DNA of 64,000 nucleotides from Rebecca billardiae RCC1528 (GCA_965240325.2 OZ251224.1:248001-312000), one strand, 5' to 3'; counted from the stretch's first letter, positions 11,632 to 24,791 are shown. Notes: generated by a model not told the origin, from the sequence alone. Numbers and translations are program-made.

Positions 11632-12831
11632 TCAAAACATGCCGACGGCATGTTTTGAGCCCGCTGAGCCGAGATCGCGCACAGCGTGCTCTGCCCGGTT
11701 CGCGCCATCACCGCGAGGCACCCATGGATCACCCCACTTACTCGCGCGCGCCAGGCGGTAGTCGCTCGGCGCGTCGTCGTGCGTCGCGCCGCGCCCGTGC
11801 TTGCCTCGCGTCACGGTGATCGTCTGGAGCTCGGCGCGAGCGGTGCACAGGTCGAGCATCACGTGCCCCGAGCGCTTGCGCGGGATGCGCATGATGCGGC
11901 CGGCGACGAGCGCGCCGTGCCCCGCGGCCGCGTCGTCTTCGGCAGCGGCGCTCAGCGGCTCCGGCTCGGCCAGCGGGCGGCGCACGGCCAGGTAGGCGAA
12001 GTGCAGCAGCTCAAACCCGCGCGCGGCGCGGAAGGACGCTGGCTTGGCTGCGTGCCGCCACTCGAGCTTCTGCACGAAGCGGCACTGGCTCGGGCCCCTG
12101 GGGCCGAAGGCGGCGGGCTCGCGCTGCAGCGGGCACGCGAGCGAGTGCATGCACGGCGCGAGCATGCGCAGCGCCGCCCCATCTGCCGCGGCCGCGGCGA
12201 GCGCGCGGTGCGCAGCGGGCACGAGCACGGCCGGCGCGTCCGCGCGCGCAATGTGCTCCGCGAGCACCAGCACGCCCCCGGGCCGCAGCCGCTGGGCGAG
12301 CCCGGCGAGCTCGGCGGCTCGAGCGTCGGCCGCGCTCCCCTCGCTGAGAGCCTCGGTGCTCACGCAGACGAGGTCATGCTCGCCCTTCGGGTCGATGCCC
12401 ATGGCCGGTCCGCCGCGGCCGAACGCAGCCTGCAGCGCCGCGGCCGCCCGAGAGGACGCGCTTGGCGACGCGCACGCGCGCACGGCGTCCGGCCAAGCGT
12501 CGTGCGACGCGAGGATGGAGGCGCCACCGAGATGCTGCGGGCAGAGCTCGAGCACTGAGCGTGGCGCGAACGAGGCGCCGAGGCGCGCGTCCACCTCGAG
12601 GAACGCGCGGAAGAAGACTGCGTAGTGCTGCATGAACGCCGCCGATGGGCGGCCATCTTCGGCCGGGGCACGGGTCGCTCGAGACCTTCGCGCCTCCTTC
12701 GCTGCGCGGTCCATGCCTTGCAACACGGCATCCAGGTGATACGGCGGGCGGATGAGACGCACGGTCGACTCTGCGGCCGCTGCAGCCGTGCTCATCGAGC
12801 GGCACGCGCGCCACGCGGCCGCGACCGCCAT
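11632..12831 (-). CDS. RSM22: Mitochondrial small ribosomal subunit methyltransferase-like protein Rsm22/METTL17
   Basis: LRPGGVLVLAE, APCMH..ACPL, CRFVQ, FAYLAVRR, PRKRSGHVMLDLC and YRLARASKWGD motifs; mitochondrial-like presequence from ATG 12831. Confidence 0.85.
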   Translation of the reverse strand: MAVAAAWRACRSMSTAAAAAESTVRLIRPPYHLDAVLQGMDRAAKEARRSRATRAPAEDGRPSAAFMQHYAVFFRAFLEVDARLGASFAPRSVLELCPQHLGGASILASHDAWPDAVRACASPSASSRAAAALQAAFGRGGPAMGIDPKGEHDLVCVSTEALSEGSAADARAAELAGLAQRLRPGGVLVLAEHIARADAPAVLVPAAHRALAAAAADGAALRMLAPCMHSLACPLQREPAAFGPRGPSQCRFVQKLEWRHAAKPASFRAARGFELLHFAYLAVRRPLAEPEPLSAAAEDDAAAGHGALVAGRIMRIPRKRSGHVMLDLCTARAELQTITVTRGKHGRGATHDDAPSDYRLARASKWGDPWVPRGDGANRAEHAVRDLGSAGSKHAVGMF

Positions 12832-13048
12832 GCTTGCTACGTAGCTAGACAAAAGCAGCAGCGAGTCGTGATCTTGTTGATTTTTGCTGCGCGAGAAATC
12901 GTCTGCGCCCGAAATTGGCCAGAGACCCGCTCGAGTGCTCGACAAACAACCGCCCGTGTACATCTCTCACGCCCGCCGGCGGGGCGCAGAAGGCGCGCAT
13001 CCTGACGACGACGACGACGGCCGCCCTGCCGTGGGCGGGCGGAGCGGG

Positions 13049-15027
13049 ATGTCCGCCGTGAAGGAGGGAGGCAGCCTCTTATGGCGCTCGCTCTCGAGAG
13101 CCAGCCGTGCCGCGCGCGCGGACGACGACGCCCCCCGAGCCACGCACGAGGACGGCTCGTCGTCGCCTGGGCCACCGCTGCGCGCACAGGACTCGTCCGC
13201 AATCACCGACCTCGAGGAGCACGTGCAGCAGCTGCAGGCGACGGTGCGCGAGCTGCAGCGCGAGCGCGACGCCGCGCACCGCGAGGCCGAGCTCGCGCGC
13301 TCGCAGGTCGACCAGCTCTCCGCACAGGTCGAGCACCTCGCGGAGGGCGCGGACGCCGAGCCTGGCCTCGGCCGGGCGTTCGTTGGGCAGCCGGCGCAGG
13401 TGGGCGACGCGGCCGGGCTGTGCTCGGCGCGCGAGTGGGAGCGGCGCGAGACGACGAGCGCGCCCTTCGCCGCGCCGCCCGCGGCCTTCGGCGGCTGGGA
13501 CGGCTTCGACGACCAGCCGCTCGGCTTTGGCGGCGCGCACCTGTTTGGCGGCGAGGGCGGCGCGGCTGCGGCGCTGCCCGGGTTTGGAGCGGACGGCGCG
13601 GGCTTTGGCGGGGGCGGGGACGCGCCGCACGGGGAGGACGCGTGGGCGATCGTGACCGCGAGCCAGAGCGACCACGACGGCGCCGCCGACCACCCCGCCG
13701 CGTCGCCATTCGGTGCCGAGGCCTTGTTAGACCTGCCGCCGACGCCGACGGGAGTGCCGCCGCCGCTCCCGCAGCCCGCGCCGCAGCCGGGCGCGCCGCC
13801 GCCCCCCGAGGGGGCTACGGAGGCGGCGGCCGCTGTCGGCACGCCCGCTGCCGCGCCGGGCGCTGCGACCGGCCCGTCCGCGCCCGCAGCGCGCGCGCCA
13901 CACCCCGCTGACCGCGCGGAGCTCGAGTGTCTCCGCGCGCAGCTGCTGGAGCGTGACCGGCTGATTGCAGAGCTGCGCGCGAGCTGCGCGGCTTCGGCCG
14001 GGGCGGGCGTGGGCGGGGGTGCGGGCGCGGCGCAGCTCAACGGCGTGCTGCCCGACGCGGGCGCCCTCGCGCTCTCCCCGCCGCGCGCGGGCGGCAGCTC
14101 CGACGGGCACGCCGCCTCGCCCCGCCCCTCCTGGCTCTGGCCCGGCGCGAGCGACGACGGCGCAGACTCTGGGCTCAACACTTCGCTGCCCTCGCTCAAC
14201 GGCTCGGAGCTGACGGGCGGGGGCGCGCACCGGCCCGCGCGCTCGACGCTGTCGCTCGGCGTGGGCGGCGAGGAGGAGAGCGAGGGGGAGGAGGAGGGCG
14301 CAGCAGACAGCGGCGCCGTGCTCGACCGCATCCCCTCCCTGCGCGACCCTCTGCCTCCGCCACCGCCGTGGCTGCTCGTGAAGCGAGGCTCTGTGCAGGC
14401 CACCACCTCCGAGGAGCTCAGCTCGCTGAGGCGCGTGAGCGCGCAGATCTGCGCGGACAAGGTGAGCGCTGCCGGGGGCGCGGCGCGTGGCGGCTGGTGC
14501 GCACGGGCGGGCTGCGACGCCCGCACGCGCGCCGCGCGCCTCGCCGCGCGCACCGTGCGCTCAGCCCCCCCCGCCCCCCGCGCACACGCGCCCCCCTCCC
14601 TTCTGGGCGCTGGCTGACTGCCGACCGTCTGATGAGAGCAGGAGAGCATTGAGGAGCACGCCGCCATGCTGCACGGCCGTCTGCAGGAGGTGCACGCCGA
14701 CCTGCTCGAGCTGGGGGGCACGCTGCAGAAGACGCGGCGCAAGCTCGCGGCCAAGTCAGAGCGCCTGCGCCACGCGGAGCGAAGGTGCGCCCCGCGCAGC
14801 GTGCCGCCGTGCGCTCGCCGCGCTCCACTGCGCCGCGCTGAGGGCCGCTGCGAGTGGCTGACCTGCCGGTGGCGCACACGCGCGCCCGCACTGCGCCCGC
14901 ACCAATGCCGCTGCGCGCGCCGTGGGCGTGCTGCAGGCTGGCGGCTGCGGAGCAGCTGGCTGCGCTCTATCTGCACGGCTGGCTGACGCGCCTCGCGGCC
15001 ACGCGCCAGCGCGACGTCAATCAATGA
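13049..15027 (+). CDS. Low-complexity coiled-coil protein (3 exons)
   Basis: ATG 13049; heptad stretches (LEEHVQQLQATVRELQRE; LQEVHADLLEL..LQKTRRKL); introns 14462-14641 and 14785-14936 give an open frame to TGA 15025-15027. Confidence 0.55.
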
Positions 15028-15216
15028 CAGCCAAAGACGACATCTGCCGACGGCGACGTGTCGGACGACCGGCGACGAGACGATGCCGACGACCGGCATC
15101 CCGATCTGCGCCGAAATATTCCGCGAGTCGTCGTCTCAGATGGAGATACGGGCACTTTTATTCTTTGCCGGGGTCCCGGGTTCACGGGGTTGGCCTGGCA
15201 GCCTGGCAAAAAAAAA

Positions 15217-15301
15217 TACATACATGTATGTATGTATGTCGTATGTATGTATATGTATGTATGTATGTATGTATGTATATGTATATATGTATATATGTAT
15301 A
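15217..15301. repeat. (TATG)n/(TA)n microsatellite
   Basis: Directly visible. Confidence 0.93.
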
Positions 15302-15683
15302 CGCTATACCGGCCCGCGGATTAACTCATTCACGCGGCGTCTCTGGCACCGCGAGCTTCTCAACCGGCGGCCCCTCGCTGCTGCACAGCAGTGGCGGGAG
15401 CTGCGCGATCTGCACGGGCGCGGAGATTGCTGCGGCCTCAGTCTCAGACGCTCTATTCACCGGTGGTGACAAGCTCGCGCTCGCCGCAGAAGCGCCGTGG
15501 CCGAGCGCAGCCGAATGCCTGCCACACCGCCACACGAGTGCACGGCGCCGTCTGCTGTGACGAAGAGAGCATGCGAGCTGCCGAATGAGCACTGGACCAC
15601 GCGCTTACCGGAACGGGTGTGCACGCATTCCGGCACCCGCACATCTGTGGACCTGCGCCCAAGCCCGAGCTCGCCGTGCACGT

Positions 15684-15995
15684 TGTCAAAGGAATCGCCA
15701 ATCTACAGTGATTTCCAATTTCCAATCCAACATTTTACTCGCAGTCACACAGTGGCGGCGCGACCGCTGCGGCGGCGCTCGCACAAAATCCTCCAAAATC
15801 AACCTGAACCTCATCCTAAAATACAGCAGGACAGCATGGCTGGCGGCGGCATCTGGAAGCATTCTAGATGCTTCTGAAACTCGTGAACGAAACATGAGCC
15901 GATCACACAAAACAAGCTGAGCTCACCACCGCAAACAAGAGCCGAAGCTCGTCGACCGCGACTCGACCGTCAAGCTCAAGACGCGTTCCCTGACA
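15684..15995 (+). repeat. 5' LTR (312 bp)
   Basis: TGTCAAAGGAATCGCC...CGCGTTCCCTGACA, near-identical to 18721-19044 apart from central indels. Confidence 0.92.
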
Positions 15996-18498
15996 TGCTA
16001 GCACGGTGCTGGGAGAACTTGGGCAAGGATGGAGACGACGAGAACAGCGGCAAGGACGTGAACGGCCATCAGCCCGCCCCAGTTGCTCCCCTCATTGGGT
16101 TGAAGCCAGGCGTGGCAGAGCGCCCGGCAATGCCGCGCAGCTCATCGGCGATCGCGCGCAAGCGCACGCCAGACTACCTCGCCGCTGCCCTGAGGGGCAT
16201 GCAGGCCGAGAAGAACCGGCAAGGCGAGAAGCTCACGCTTCTCCGCAAGCCCATCTCCAGCGCCTACGGGCCTGGCAACACCGCTGACCTGAATTCAGGC
16301 AGCCACGCGTCGAGTGCGATTGCACCGCGCGTCGACTGGCTTCATGCCGAGTCAATCAAGGATCACCTTGAGGAGGAGGTTCGCGCACAGCGCGGTGAGG
16401 AGGAGCGTTGCCGCTCGCATCCCCCGCCATCGCGCCACTCCATCCGCACGCACGTCGTTGCGCAGGGGATCTCAACCACTACCGCCCGGGACTTGGCGCC
16501 CGCAAGCGCGGCTGAGCGCCGGAGGCCGAGTGCCCGCAGCTCAAGGAGTGCCTTGCTGCCTCCGAGTCATCGAACGAGGTCACCGAGCGTTCCGGGGCAG
16601 ATGTAGCGCTCGACGCTGCTGCCGCTGATGCCGCTCCGACCGTCGAGGCCCTCGAGCCTGCCGACGCTGCTCGGCGTGCTGGCCTTCTGGCCGCCGCCAA
16701 TGACAGCGCGGTCGTGACCGCAGTCAGTCTGCAGCCTCGCGCGCATGACACTGTGTCTGAGTCTGACCGATCGAACGATGACATTAGCACCGATGAGTGC
16801 GACTCAAACGACCTGTATGGTCTGGCAGAGCAAACTATGCTCCAAGATGCTACGACGCGTGACTCAGTCACCGCGAGCACCAGCCCCAATATTCATTGCC
16901 AGGGCCGAACCAAACCCATCGTATTTTTGGAGATGACCAACAAATACGTTTACCCCAAAATTCACGGGGCCCTCGCAGGCCTCACGATGGCTTCCGAAGC
17001 CGAGCTGCTCGCCACGAGCGACACAAGCAGCCGCGAGATGACCGCCGCAGAGACGGCAGAGTCCTCGTCTGGCACGTATCGACTCGCGTCGAACGTAGGA
17101 AGCGCATGCGATGCAGGGGGGGCATCATACACCTGCTTGACGGCAAAGCCGCAGCAAAACCAAGTTGGCGAGCGCGACGCGCGTGCGCATGCATCAGCTG
17201 CGTCAGCCATCACAACGCCACACTCTTGCAAGGAAGAGTATTCCGCCGAAGCTGCCGCGGATGCACATGCATCACCGCTGGACAGAACGAGCGTGAAGAA
17301 GCCCAAAGAAGGCACCACAGCCTCGACGAGGGTCACTCCTCGCTCGAAGGTAGAGCGCGAATCGCCACAGAGCGCGCGCGACACATCGACCAATGCACTT
17401 GAGTCGAAGAAACGTGACTGGATAGTCATCGAAGGAGGAGTCACAGACTCTAATCCAACCAAGAAGGAACGTGTGTTCATGGCACGCGAATCCTCGGCAG
17501 GAGTGGATACACCCGCCACACACAAGCTGACACAGTCGGCTCTGAAATCCAAGCGCGCGGTACACAGCGCGATACGGGATGCACTCGCAGAAGTGAGCAC
17601 CTACTACAAGGGCAAATCCTCAGATGTCACACCTGACATAATGGATCCCAAGGATAGCAAGCTATCCGGCTTTCAACTCATTGCCAAAGACAAATGGGTG
17701 AAAGACGCAGCCAAAATCGATCCATACAAGGCTGACAACGCTGACGCCAACAAGATCGGATCGGTCTACGATCGATCTGCGGCAGCGATATTCAAGCAGC
17801 TGAAGGACTCTATCGAGCCTCAGTTATTCGCCTATCTGGAATCGAAGCTGCACATCAGCGATCCGACCAAGAACTACTTGGATCTGGCGCTGCTGCTACA
17901 GATATTTGAGCGCGAGCTCAAGATCACAACTATGTCCGAACTCAGGGATGAATTCCTGAAGTTATACCCGACAAAGGTGTCGCCCATTGGCGCATCGGAC
18001 ATTATCAAGAAATCCGTCGAGCAAGTCCGCTCATCTCGATATGGGAATCTGGACGATGCTACGATGTTGGTCTTCAAGCTGTATAACAGCATGCACGACC
18101 ATCCCCAAGTCTACGAGTCAGTTATCTCGCACTTCGGAGCGCTCACGCCCGAGCAATGTGTGGATAACACTGACCAGATAATGGCCCAGATGGAAGATGC
18201 CTACAAACGGCACGGCTCAATGAAGCTACTCCATCAGAACAATACCAAGGGGAGAGAGACCGAAAATTATTCCAAGATACGCCAAAATGCTGATTATCAG
18301 CAAGGCACGCGGCGACGCGGTGACTTTGAGGGCGCCGAAGTCTTCGCCGCTCAGGCCCAAAAGGCTCCAGCCAATGGCGAGAGCGGGCCGAATAACTCGG
18401 ACACCAGCAAACGGTGCACTCACTGTGGTCTCAAGAACCATACTGCCCAGCAGTGTTGGAAGCTCCACCCAGAGCTACGCCCCAAGGCCAAAGAGTGA
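15995..18498 (+). CDS. gag: Gag-like protein, split by an apparent frameshift near 16510 (ORFs 15995-16606 and 16714-18498)
   Basis: C-terminal CTHCGLKNHTAQQCWKLHPELRP is a Copia-type CX2CX4HX4C knuckle; codon usage differs from the host genes. Confidence 0.75.
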
Positions 18499-18720
18499 AC
18501 ATATGGTGCAAATAAGCCCAGGACTGACTCGGGTTACCCAAAACCGTCACACGGAAGTCCCAGCACATGACCCGTATCCTGGCATTGGCAACCATTACTG
18601 ACTCCAATTCACTCATGCACACAGGTGCACAAACAATACCAAGCCCAAAATCAAGCCCAAAATCACTCATAATCCAAGCTTAGTCCTCACAGACGAGCGC
18701 ATATTGGATTGAGGGGGGGG

Positions 18721-19044
18721 TGTCAAAGGAATCGCCAATCTACAGTGATTTCCAATTTCCAATCCAACATTTTACTCGCAGTCACACAGTGGCGGCGCGA
18801 CCGCTGCGGCGGCGCTCGCACAAAATCCTCCAAAATCAACGACCTGAACCTCATCCTAAAATACAGCAGGACAGCATGGCTGGCGGCGACCTGGCGGCGA
18901 CATCTCGAAGCATTCCAGATGCTTCTTAGAAATGAACGAAACATGAGCCGATCACACAAAACACGCTGAGCTCACCACCGCAAACAAGAGCCGAAGCTCG
19001 TCGACCGCGACTCGACCGTCAAGCTCAAGACGCGTTCCCTGACA
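18721..19044 (+). repeat. 3' LTR (324 bp)
   Basis: Copy of the 5' LTR preceded by the PPT at 18711-18720. Confidence 0.92.
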
Positions 19045-19756
19045 GTTTTCGCTTTTTCGAGGGGTACATTCGCCCATTGCTCTGCATTAGCAAGACACGA
19101 TTGACGAAATAGCCGCGCCCGGGCCATTCCGCATATGTCGATGGACGGACGTGCATTTGTCAGTATATCTGGGTGAACGAATCTGCGATTTGTTGTAAAT
19201 CTTCATAGCATATTGCCAAATAGGACGAGGACCCTTGCAAGCGCGTGCGCTGGAGGTCCTGGGCCCCTGCAGCAAAAAGTCTTCGTCAAGTACTCAACTT
19301 TACTAACGACGAACCTTTGCGCGCTGCCAAATTACTCGCTCAACTTTACACCTGAATGACCCCAGTGGGCGGAAATGGCCATATCTCCCGGAGATCGGGA
19401 GAACTCACACGTGTGAGTCATGTTTCGTCCTTTTTTTCGAGACGTTGATTGGTCAAACGCTCAGCATTCTATGTCCACAATTCCATATCGACACAACACA
19501 GCTCCTACCAACCTGTGTACTAAAAACCTTGGGTTAGCTGCACAACGACCAATCAGCGCGCAGCGAGCGGAGAGACTCGAAAACCGAGAATCACTCACGC
19601 ATTTACTATGATGTTTGCTCTTCGCCCATGCCAACTTTGCTATTGACAAAAACGCAGCGGCTTGGTTACGACCCATAGAAATCTAGACGACCACCAATCA
19701 GCACACAGCAAACGAGACAACCTTCACTTTCGAGCGGGCAAAAGGAGCTTTTGCCT

Positions 19757-21550
19757 TCAACCCGCACATATGCGTACTCGCTGGCCTTCGTTCGGCGCCC
19801 GAGCATCCTCGGTAGACGTGTGGCGTGCCGGCCCACGGTCCGCCGCCCTCGCCCTGCTCATCTTCATCGTCTCCTCATCCTCCTCGTCGTCCGCGCCGCC
19901 GCCGTGCGCCAGCGCCTCCGCCAGCGCGGCGCCGCACAGGTGCTCGCGGAACAGCGCGGCGGCGCAGAGCGCGCCGGCCGGCGTGGCGCCGGCGGGCGGG
20001 CGCGCGGCGCTCAGCGCGGTACCGAGCAGCCCGCCGAGCGCGCGCAGCTGCGCACCCGCCGGCAGCTCGAGCAGCGCCGCGTGGCACGCGCCCGCGCCGG
20101 CGGTGCCGAGCTCCGCGCACAGCACGGACAGCCCTCGTGCCCACGCCGCCGCGCGCCCGCCCGCGCCCGCGGCGTGCAGCGCGCCGAGCGCGGCGCCGAG
20201 CGCGGCGCGCGCTGCGGACGTGTCGGCGGCGCACAGCGCACCCGCCGCCGCGCCCACCAGTGCGGGCAGCTGCTCCGCCGCCGGCCGCCCCGCGGCGGCG
20301 CACGCGCCTAGCGCGCGCAGCGCGAGCGCGCTCGTCTGCACGTCCTCCGCCTTGAGCGCCTCCCAGCCCGCGCCGCCGCCGCCGCACGGCGTACAGCGCT
20401 CTGCCGAGCAGAGCGCAAAGCGCGCGCCGCTGTGCACACGTGGCACACGCGAGCAGCTTGAGCACGCTCGCCGCGCCTTACGCGGCGCGCGCTGCCGCTC
20501 GCCGCCGCTGCGCTCGATGCGGGCGCGGCCGCCGCCGCGGCAGCGCGCGGGCCGGGCGGCTGCGAGGACCCGGGCGCGCTCGTGCGCAAGCGGCGGCGCC
20601 CGGTGGGCGGCGCGGCGGCGCCCGCCGACGCGCACGGCAAGAGCGAAGGCTGCGGTGCGCTGAGTGACGCCGAGGTGGAGGCCGCGGCCAGCGAGCTCGC
20701 GCGGCCCGGCGCGCGCGCGGTGCTGCTCGGGCTGGGGCACGAGGCGCGGACGGCGGTGCGCTCGGCGGCACCGGCGCGCTGGATGCGCTCGCCTGCCCGC
20801 TCGCGCGGCACGCGGCTGCGAGGCGCAGCGCAAGCCGCCGGGCTAGGCCGCGTGCGCCGAGGCGGGCGAGACGCTCGGCGTGCTCGGCGGCGCGCTCCGC
20901 ATCGGCGCGCTGCTGGCGGCGCTGCTCGCGTGCCCTTCCATCGTCTCGCTCGCCACATCCGCCGCGACGGAGCAGTCCAGCAGCAGCACCGTGTCCGGCA
21001 TGCGCACGCTGGCGCTCGCGCATGCCAACTGCGAGTGCGGAGGCGCTGGGCGCCGAGCTGGCGAAGCGCGGCGCCGAGCTCGACGCGCTGCGCGACGCGG
21101 CGACGGATGCGCTGGGCGCGCGTGGCGCCCTCGTCGCGACGCCCCGTGCAGCAGCTCGAGCAGCCAGCTGTGGAGTAGACGGCCGTCGAGGCGATCGGCG
21201 CCGGGTGCCAGCGCGCACGCGCTCAGCCCGTGCCGCTGGCTCGGGCCGCCGCAGCCGTCTTCGAGGCCGACGCGGCGGAGGAGGCGGCGGGCGAGCACGG
21301 CAGCGCGGTGGAGCAGGCGCGCACGCGCGGCGGCAGGCGCGACGCGCCGCTCGCCTCGTTCCACCCCGAGCTCCGCTCGGTCTCGGTGCGCGGCTGCCGG
21401 CAGCGCAGGCCGGGGCAGCACTGCGTGCCGCGCGCTCTCGCTCCGTCTGCTGGCACGAGGTGCGCCGGCTGAGTGAGCGACCAGCGGCCCGTCGTTGAGC
21501 GCATGGCGCCGCGCGAGCACCTCAAGCAGACTGTGCGCCCGCACGCGCGC
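19757..21550. pseudogene. Patchwork of Ala/Leu-rich coding-like fragments on both strands
   Basis: Protein-like reading on minus at 19757-20400, then short plus-strand frames (20582, 20880, 21022, 21230); no coherent splice model found. Confidence 0.3.
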
Positions 21551-22172
21551 ACGCGCCGGCCCGGGCGGCCCGCGCCGCTGTGGCGCCTATCGCCCTGCCT
21601 GCGCGCGCGCGCCGCCCCGCGGCGGCCGCTTCCCCGCGCGGCGGCCCGCCGGCGACAGTCCTCGGCCCGCCGGCCCGGTGGGCTGCAACTGAGTTGTGGC
21701 GGTGGCAGCTCAGGCGAACGAACTGTTACAGTACACATGTCCGACTGAGACAGCAGCCGACGGAGGGTGCACCGCGGGCCCCTAACTGCGTTGGTTCTAC
21801 GGAAGGACCGCGGAACGCGGTCATTAGACTCTATACGGCGGGCCGCGTGTTCTAATCAACTATATAACTGAATAGCAGTCCGGGTATCATTTTTGCATAT
21901 GTATACAGGTGTCCGGAACGCTCCCGGACTGTGCTGATACATTGCGACTACAGCACTGGCACGGCCCGCCGACCCCCCCCCCGCCCGCCAGGGCACAGTT
22001 TCTGAGTAAGGCCGACGGGTAATGGCGGGCCGTAGGTCCGCCCCTTGTAGTGCCCGGGGAAAAGATAAGAAAAAGAAAAGGAAAATAAAATCGCCTCGCC
22101 AAGAAAAGAAAATCGCCTCGCTCACTACCGGGCGCCCTCACAGCTCCCACTGGGGACGCTCGGCCGAAAAAG

Positions 22173-23378
22173 GTGCCGGCCATGGCGCGGAGCGCGTGGG
22201 CGGCGCGCGCCAAATACAACGCCGGCGCGGACATCGTGAGAGGACTCCCGAGGGGGGTTTTCGCCCGATTCGCGATTGCTGCCCTCGTCGTCTCGCGTGC
22301 AGGTCGAACGAGGGCCAAAGTCGACGCGTTTGGAGGTACGCTCGGCGCGTCGACACGATCGTGCGACCTGGGGCGGTCCTCGCCCGACTTGCACGTCGAG
22401 CGCTCGCACCAGCCATAGCATCAAGCGCTGCGCACGATGGCCGCCTCGCTCGATGCACCGCCGCGCGTCGGGCTCGGTGCGAGAAAGCCCTCATCACGAG
22501 GTGTCTCGCGGGCGGGAAGCGCCATCGCGCGCGAGGCAAGATTTGGCGCGGCCTTCTGAACACGATCGCCGGAATCCGCGCACCGGACTCAGTCCTCGCT
22601 CGCGGTCCGGTCCCTCAGCCGAAGCCCACGTCCGGCCTGCATGGCGTCGACGGTGACCAATGCGACGGAAGCGCAACGCCAACGGCGTACGACGCGCAGC
22701 GGACGCACCTCTCGGGTCTGTCGCCGTGGCAGCAACCGCGTCTTCGCGAGTTGGCGACCCTCGCCGCAGCGCGACATAGACAAGCCCGTGATGCCATCCG
22801 CAGAGAGATGAAACGTCGAGCATGCAACATCGCCGCGCCATCCTCGTCCATGGCGCAGGCGCTGCGGGACCAGGCGGAAGTCGTCACGCCGGTGACGGAT
22901 GCGCTGCGATTCGTGTGCCCGCGTGAGCAGCGCTTGCCCACTCTCGATCGCGAGTGGCACACGCTGTCGCTGTGCGCGCGCGCGCGCACAACCAACAGCT
23001 CCTCGTGCCGCCGAGCACGCGAGCGCCAGACCTGTCGAAGAGGCGAAGAGCGACGACCGCGTGAACGTCAACGCGCTCGTGCTCAGCGTGGCGGCCGTGT
23101 ACGACGCCAACGCGACCTGCGCCGAGCCCATCATGCCTGGAGCGGACATCGGCAAGCATCCTCGCGACGACCGCTCTCGGCTGGCGGCAGGAGGACATGC
23201 ACATGATCTACTCTGGCGGCTTCGTCGGCGGCGAGGCGCTCGATTACGCCATCGTGGTCGTCTGGTCGACATGCGGCACATACAGCGCCTACCCGCGCTC
23301 GCGCGGAGCAACGGGCTACCCGCTCCGCCCCGCGTGCTGCACATTCCCTCGTGGGTGTGGGCCTCGCTGATGGAGTGA
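22173..23378 (+). pseudogene. Degraded/frameshifted gene remnant
   Basis: Protein-like segments in alternating frames (AKYNAGADIVRGLP..; VNVNALVLSVAAVYDANATCAEP..) with no continuous ORF. Confidence 0.3.
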
Positions 23379-23578
23379 TGCGCATACTACTAAGAGTACA
23401 GACCGTGAGACGTGTGTACACGTCGGAGAGCCAACTTCACGTGTCACTGGTCCTTGCACTCGACTGTCCGTCACCCACGGCCACGAGCGAATGTGGAAAG
23501 CAGACGCGAACCCGCAAATAAAGGATAAACATATTGCGAATGTGACAGCACTGGCACGGCCCGCCGACCGCCCCCCGC

Positions 23579-23966
23579 CTATGTGCGAATCAAGGCCTAT
23601 ATGGCCGGCCATGACCGATGATATTGGCCGCTAGGCGGCCATGGCCGATGGTTAGCGGTCGACCAGCCATCTCTGGCCGATGGGTATTGGCCGATGGCCG
23701 TCCGGCGGCCGGACCGCCGAGGCCGCGCCGGACTCGGCACGCGGCCACGGGCACTCGGCGCCGGCGCGTGGCCGCGCGTGCCGGCACGCCGCGCGGGCTG
23801 CAGCACTGTCCGACTCTGCACGGTCGTAGTCCGAGAGGGCTGCCCCGGGGCTCGGCCGACCCAACTGGTGGACTTGATGAGCCCCATCAGCGGCGGTCTC
23901 GACCGAGCTTGGCAGGTGCGTGTGTGTGTGTGAGTGTCGTGTCGGTCCGAATCTGATAAGTATTAA

Positions 23967-24022
<56 letters not shown>

Positions 24023-24758
24023 TGTTATTGGTACAATAACTGAGTGTGTACGAGCTGCATGACGGAGGGGCTCGCTGTGAGGCCTCTGCACTCCACTTAA
24101 CTGTTTCGTCGCAGCCGCCCTCGCAGAATTTCAGGACTCTTCTGCGGGTACGCCGCGGGTGCACGAGCAAAGTGCCCCGAGTGCCAGAGCGGCGGACGAA
24201 CCAGCCATGCTGCTGCCCCCGGGCATTCGGCAAGTCATCGGCGCGAGCACCGCCTCGCTTCTCGAGCAGCGAGCTGGGAATCGGCAGCGCACAACCTGAG
24301 CGCGCCAGGTACCTCTCGCCTCGTCCTTCGACCACATGCCCACCATCAACTCGTCTCAGCAAGGTAGTCGTCCCTCGGCTGCGCACGAGTGCACCACGCA
24401 GTGACCACGCAGCAGCGCAGCAGCAAACGACCAGCAGCTGCTTTGTTTGGCCCGCCCATCCCGCCCCTGTCTGGTCCGCAGTGCCGCGCCGGTGCGGCCT
24501 GCTCCCGGGATTCATCGACAGACGACATCAGCGAATTTGTCCGCCTGTCAGGACAGTCGGTGGGACCACAGTGTGTGCCTCAACGAGGATCAACGAGCCG
24601 GCCGCTCCCATTGCGGACACGCGCCGCTCGTCTGATCGACAATCCCATTATACATATCATCGACCACCAGCAGCAGCTCCTACTGCTTGATGAGGTGCTC
24701 GGTAACACGCAGGCGCAGCCTCATCATCAATCATCATCGGCTGGGCCCTGGCGTCGAG

Positions 24759-24791
<33 letters not shown>

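Larger units (their letters stand above)
15684..19044 (+). mobile_element. Non-autonomous (gag-only) LTR retrotransposon, Copia-like
   Basis: Direct repeats 15684-15995 and 18721-19044, each TGTCA...TGACA; polypurine tract GAGGGGGGGG immediately before the 3' LTR; internal gag with CCHC knuckle; no pol; no TSD seen. Confidence 0.88.

Noticed and set aside
18499-18601. QISPGLTR as a remnant of the Copia RNase H ADxLTK motif
   Set aside because: Too degenerate to support without an alignment.
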